From Eledone cirrhosa (lineage: Eukaryota), in assembly GCA_964016885.1 (NCBI GenBank), contig OZ024743.1, positions 122,512,001 through 122,576,000 on the forward strand: a DNA stretch of 64,000 bases, given 5' to 3'. Position 1 is the first letter of the stretch. Each line of letters starts with the position of its first letter. A program made the position numbers and the translations under genes. The notes beneath the pieces were generated by a model that was not told the origin of the DNA, did no database searches, and saw only the letters and a list, made by a program, of their open reading frames with translations. Positions 58,140-64,000 of this stretch are shown piece by piece.

Positions 58140-58700
58140 ATGTATATAGAAGAAACGTGATATAGGTAATAAACATGTAGGTGATATTAGTAATAAGGTA
58201 TGGCGCTATGATACTGAAATAGAATAAAGAAAAACTCCAAAAATGAGACACAGAAATTGATTATAATTACAAAAGTGACATGCATATGCTTCATATGTCT
58301 AGAAAGAATGCGATAAGAGATTTAATAAGCTGTGGAGGAAGTACAAGAAGTGAATAGAGCAAATTGTAGTCGTACATAGATAATAGTTTACAATCGCCGT
58401 TAGTTTGTCAAGGCGCTGTGGTGTAATTGAGACTACAGACCGTCTTGATTAGGGTGAATATAAGAGAATCAGAACAGAGGATCAAGTCATACTGCAGTGG
58501 AAAAATATTGGACGCACAGTTTGTCGATGAGGAACGATGTGACTAAGCATGGCACATACGAATGGATATGAAAATCAAACTTAATGGTTGTAACTAAAGC
58601 ATTAATCTGTTCAATCCAACACAAATACACTACTTAGAACAAACTATATAAAATATAACGTCGATACGAATCTCAAATTACCCTTATTTAAAGTCGCTGG
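58140..58700 (+). pseudogene. Highly decayed Dong/R4-like fragment (another at ~48520-48760)
   Basis: Remnants resembling KSD..LYM.RK..R.LIS and (W)LDYQKTFDSTP of the intact element. Confidence 0.4.
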
Positions 58701-59015
58701 CGGAAAAAAAAGGGGGCGGGGGAAATAGCAACAGGGAGCACTAATTCAGTGAACGGGGCAAAAGAGAATACAAAATGATACAGGACCACTGTACGCGCAT
58801 TGTTTATTGGAAACAGTGGAAAGAACTGATTTGTACGAACATCGACCTAATGCAATTAAAGAAAAGGAGAAAGTTAAATCACTATGGGATTAAAACATTT
58901 AATGAGTGAGTCAGGTGATTGAGGGAGAAGACCCGACATTGTTGTTGTCAATCAAAGACAATGAACAGTTATTAGTACTGGCGGACGCCGTGGAAATTCC
59001 ATTCTTTAATTAGAA

Positions 59016-59066
<51 letters not shown>

Positions 59067-59174
59067 CAAGTGTATATGTATATATAAATATATATATGTG
59101 TATATATATATATATATATATAAGTGTATATATATATATATATATATATAAGTGTATATATATATATATATATA

Positions 59175-59216
<42 letters not shown>

Positions 59217-59694
59217 AACGAGTAGGACCCCGACGGCTGAGCTCAAGCCGTTTTGACGGCTAATTCTGGACGTACTTTGGTCCAGAATTAGCCGTCGAAA
59301 CGGCTTGACCATCACAACCGCTCTCCTTCCCTCGCACTATCGCACACACAATTTTACCACACCCTTTCCACAGCATGGCCAACGTTTTACATCACACGTA
59401 ATCTATTCCTACCACTTTAGTATAAAAGTTAACAACTCTGGGTAATAAGAATGTGTGAGAAATATAAAAGAAAAGTGTAACACCAAGAAGGCCTGAAAAA
59501 CCTTGCAAGTGTGTGAAACTTACAGCGTTGAAAATGTGCCAGTAGCGCAATCATGAACTACTACAGAAAATTACATTATTAAGAAGCGCAAGAATCCCAA
59601 GAAAAGGCATTCGAAAATTGGGCTGATGAAAGGACCTATGGTAATTGGTTATGACTCGTTCCTTGGATTGTAAAAGCAACATAAAATCTGTCTG

Positions 59695-59728
<34 letters not shown>

Positions 59729-60119
59729 TCTACTACTGCTGTTGTTGCTGCTGCTACTACTGCTACTCATTTTTGCCATCTGAATGGATTGCAACACTAT
59801 GAAATAATGTGCTTTGCTCAAGGATACAAAGTTCCGACGGGAATCGAACCCATGACTTTAAGACCGTGGACCGAATGCTACAACCACTAAACCACTTGAC
59901 TACACATTGATAAGCAAAAACACACACATAAGGACACACTATACATATATCGTTTTGTATGAGTGTGTGTGTGTGTGCGTGCGTGAGTGAGTGTATGTGT
60001 GAATGAGTGTGTGTGCGTGCGTGTGTGTGAACAAGGAACTTCCTTGTAGTTTCTATCTCCTAAATTCCACTACAAGTTATTGGGATACCCAAGGTATTGA
60101 AACGAACTTTTCACCAAAC

Positions 60120-60164
<45 letters not shown>

Positions 60165-60649
60165 GTTAGTCCTTCATCAGTGATCTTCCAACCATCATTG
60201 GTATTTCATCGCTTTAAAGACCATATACCTCCGGTTGGTTCGAGCAACGGCTAAAAAAGTCGTTGGGACACGTAAATAAAGGGGACACGAGAGTGTAAAC
60301 AAACAAAGATGGTGAAGCAACGAAAAGTGAGGAAGAACGAGTCAAGTCCCAAATTTCCATGAATATAAGTTCGGTGAAATCATGAACGAGAGAGAATAAA
60401 GACCATCAAACCTGGTTGGAATGTGAGCAAGGAAGGAATTCCGTACAGGTCTAACGGGAGGAAGAAGGAATCTAGTGTGTGAATTCGGTGAACGTAAGTT
60501 CTGTGAAATCGTAGACGAGAGAGAGAAAAAAGGCGAACCAGCCTGACCAAGGGTGCGAAAGAAAAGAATTACGCACAGGTCAAATGGGAAGAAGGAGTAG
60601 GAGGAGAGGTAGTAACAGAGAGTGAGGTGAGTGAAGGGTGAGGAAGAGG

Positions 60650-60742
<93 letters not shown>

Positions 60743-60898
60743 ATACATTAACAGAGAAAGCCTTAAGCGATACTCTAACCAACTCCATCTCACTCAACAA
60801 ACATTAGGATATACCTAAGTATTCTCCCAATTTAGTGTTTGAGGTGGTAACTAATCATAATCAGTATATCAGTATATATATATATATATATATATATA

Positions 60899-63075
<2,177 letters not shown>

Positions 63076-63105
63076 AATAACTTGTGTGTTACACCTCTAT
63101 TCTTT

Positions 63106-63240
<135 letters not shown>

Positions 63241-63457
63241 GTAATCTGAGTTTTTCGAATATTAATAATAATATTCGATTCGTTTCCAATTATGCAAACA
63301 CCCTCTTTTTTAAAGCCATGTCAGGAGAATGAGCCCCCCCCATTCTTGCTCTTGTGTTGGCATGTAAACAGAACTGCAAACGAATCGAATATTATTATTA
63401 ATATTTGAAAATCTCAGATTATATATATTGTATTCAGCCATGTAGAGCGATAATTAC

Positions 63458-63760
<303 letters not shown>

Positions 63761-64000
63761 GCAATGAACGGAAGAAAAGCGAGGATAATACGTCTTTATG
63801 TGGACGATGAGAACAATTACACGCAAAGACAAAACCACGTATATGGTATAAATGGAGTCATTAGACTAATATTCTATTTAGGAAACCGAATGATTCTCGG
63901 CTTCGGAGTTAAGAATAATGTAAATAAATTAGTAGAACGAAAATGACAGAGGTAATTAAAGTAATAATAATTAAATATATACATACACACATCTAAATAC

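Noticed and set aside
60160-60215. Type II hammerhead on the minus strand
   Set aside because: No UH cleavage triplet and no stem II; at most a truncated remnant.

Overview
Eukaryotic (animal) AT-rich, repeat-dense DNA. The SINE types and the extreme (TA)n/(TATG)n microsatellite load suggest a cephalopod such as Octopus, but this is inference. No prokaryotic genes or CRISPR arrays are present, and most short ORFs in the track are microsatellite artefacts. Real coding content: an intact R4/Dong-type RLE retrotransposon ORF (11646-15038, -), a nearly intact RTE LINE (7593-11192, +), five decayed Penelope-like elements (PLEs), a deleted mariner, old LINE fragments, and one candidate host exon (~46915-47082, -). 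The main hidden signal is about 20 type I hammerhead ribozyme (HHR) motifs from roughly 13 sequence families, folded by eye. They lie in PLE pseudo-LTRs and in small non-coding retrozyme-like elements that sit in (TA)n tracts as fold-back or tandem structures. Several families carry recurrent non-canonical cores (U3-A8 covariation, U4C, U4A, U10.1-U11.1). A second unexplained element is a ~520-610 bp (TATG)n-associated non-autonomous repeat whose three subfamilies show compensatory base pairs. All coordinates were read manually, and element ends are approximate.
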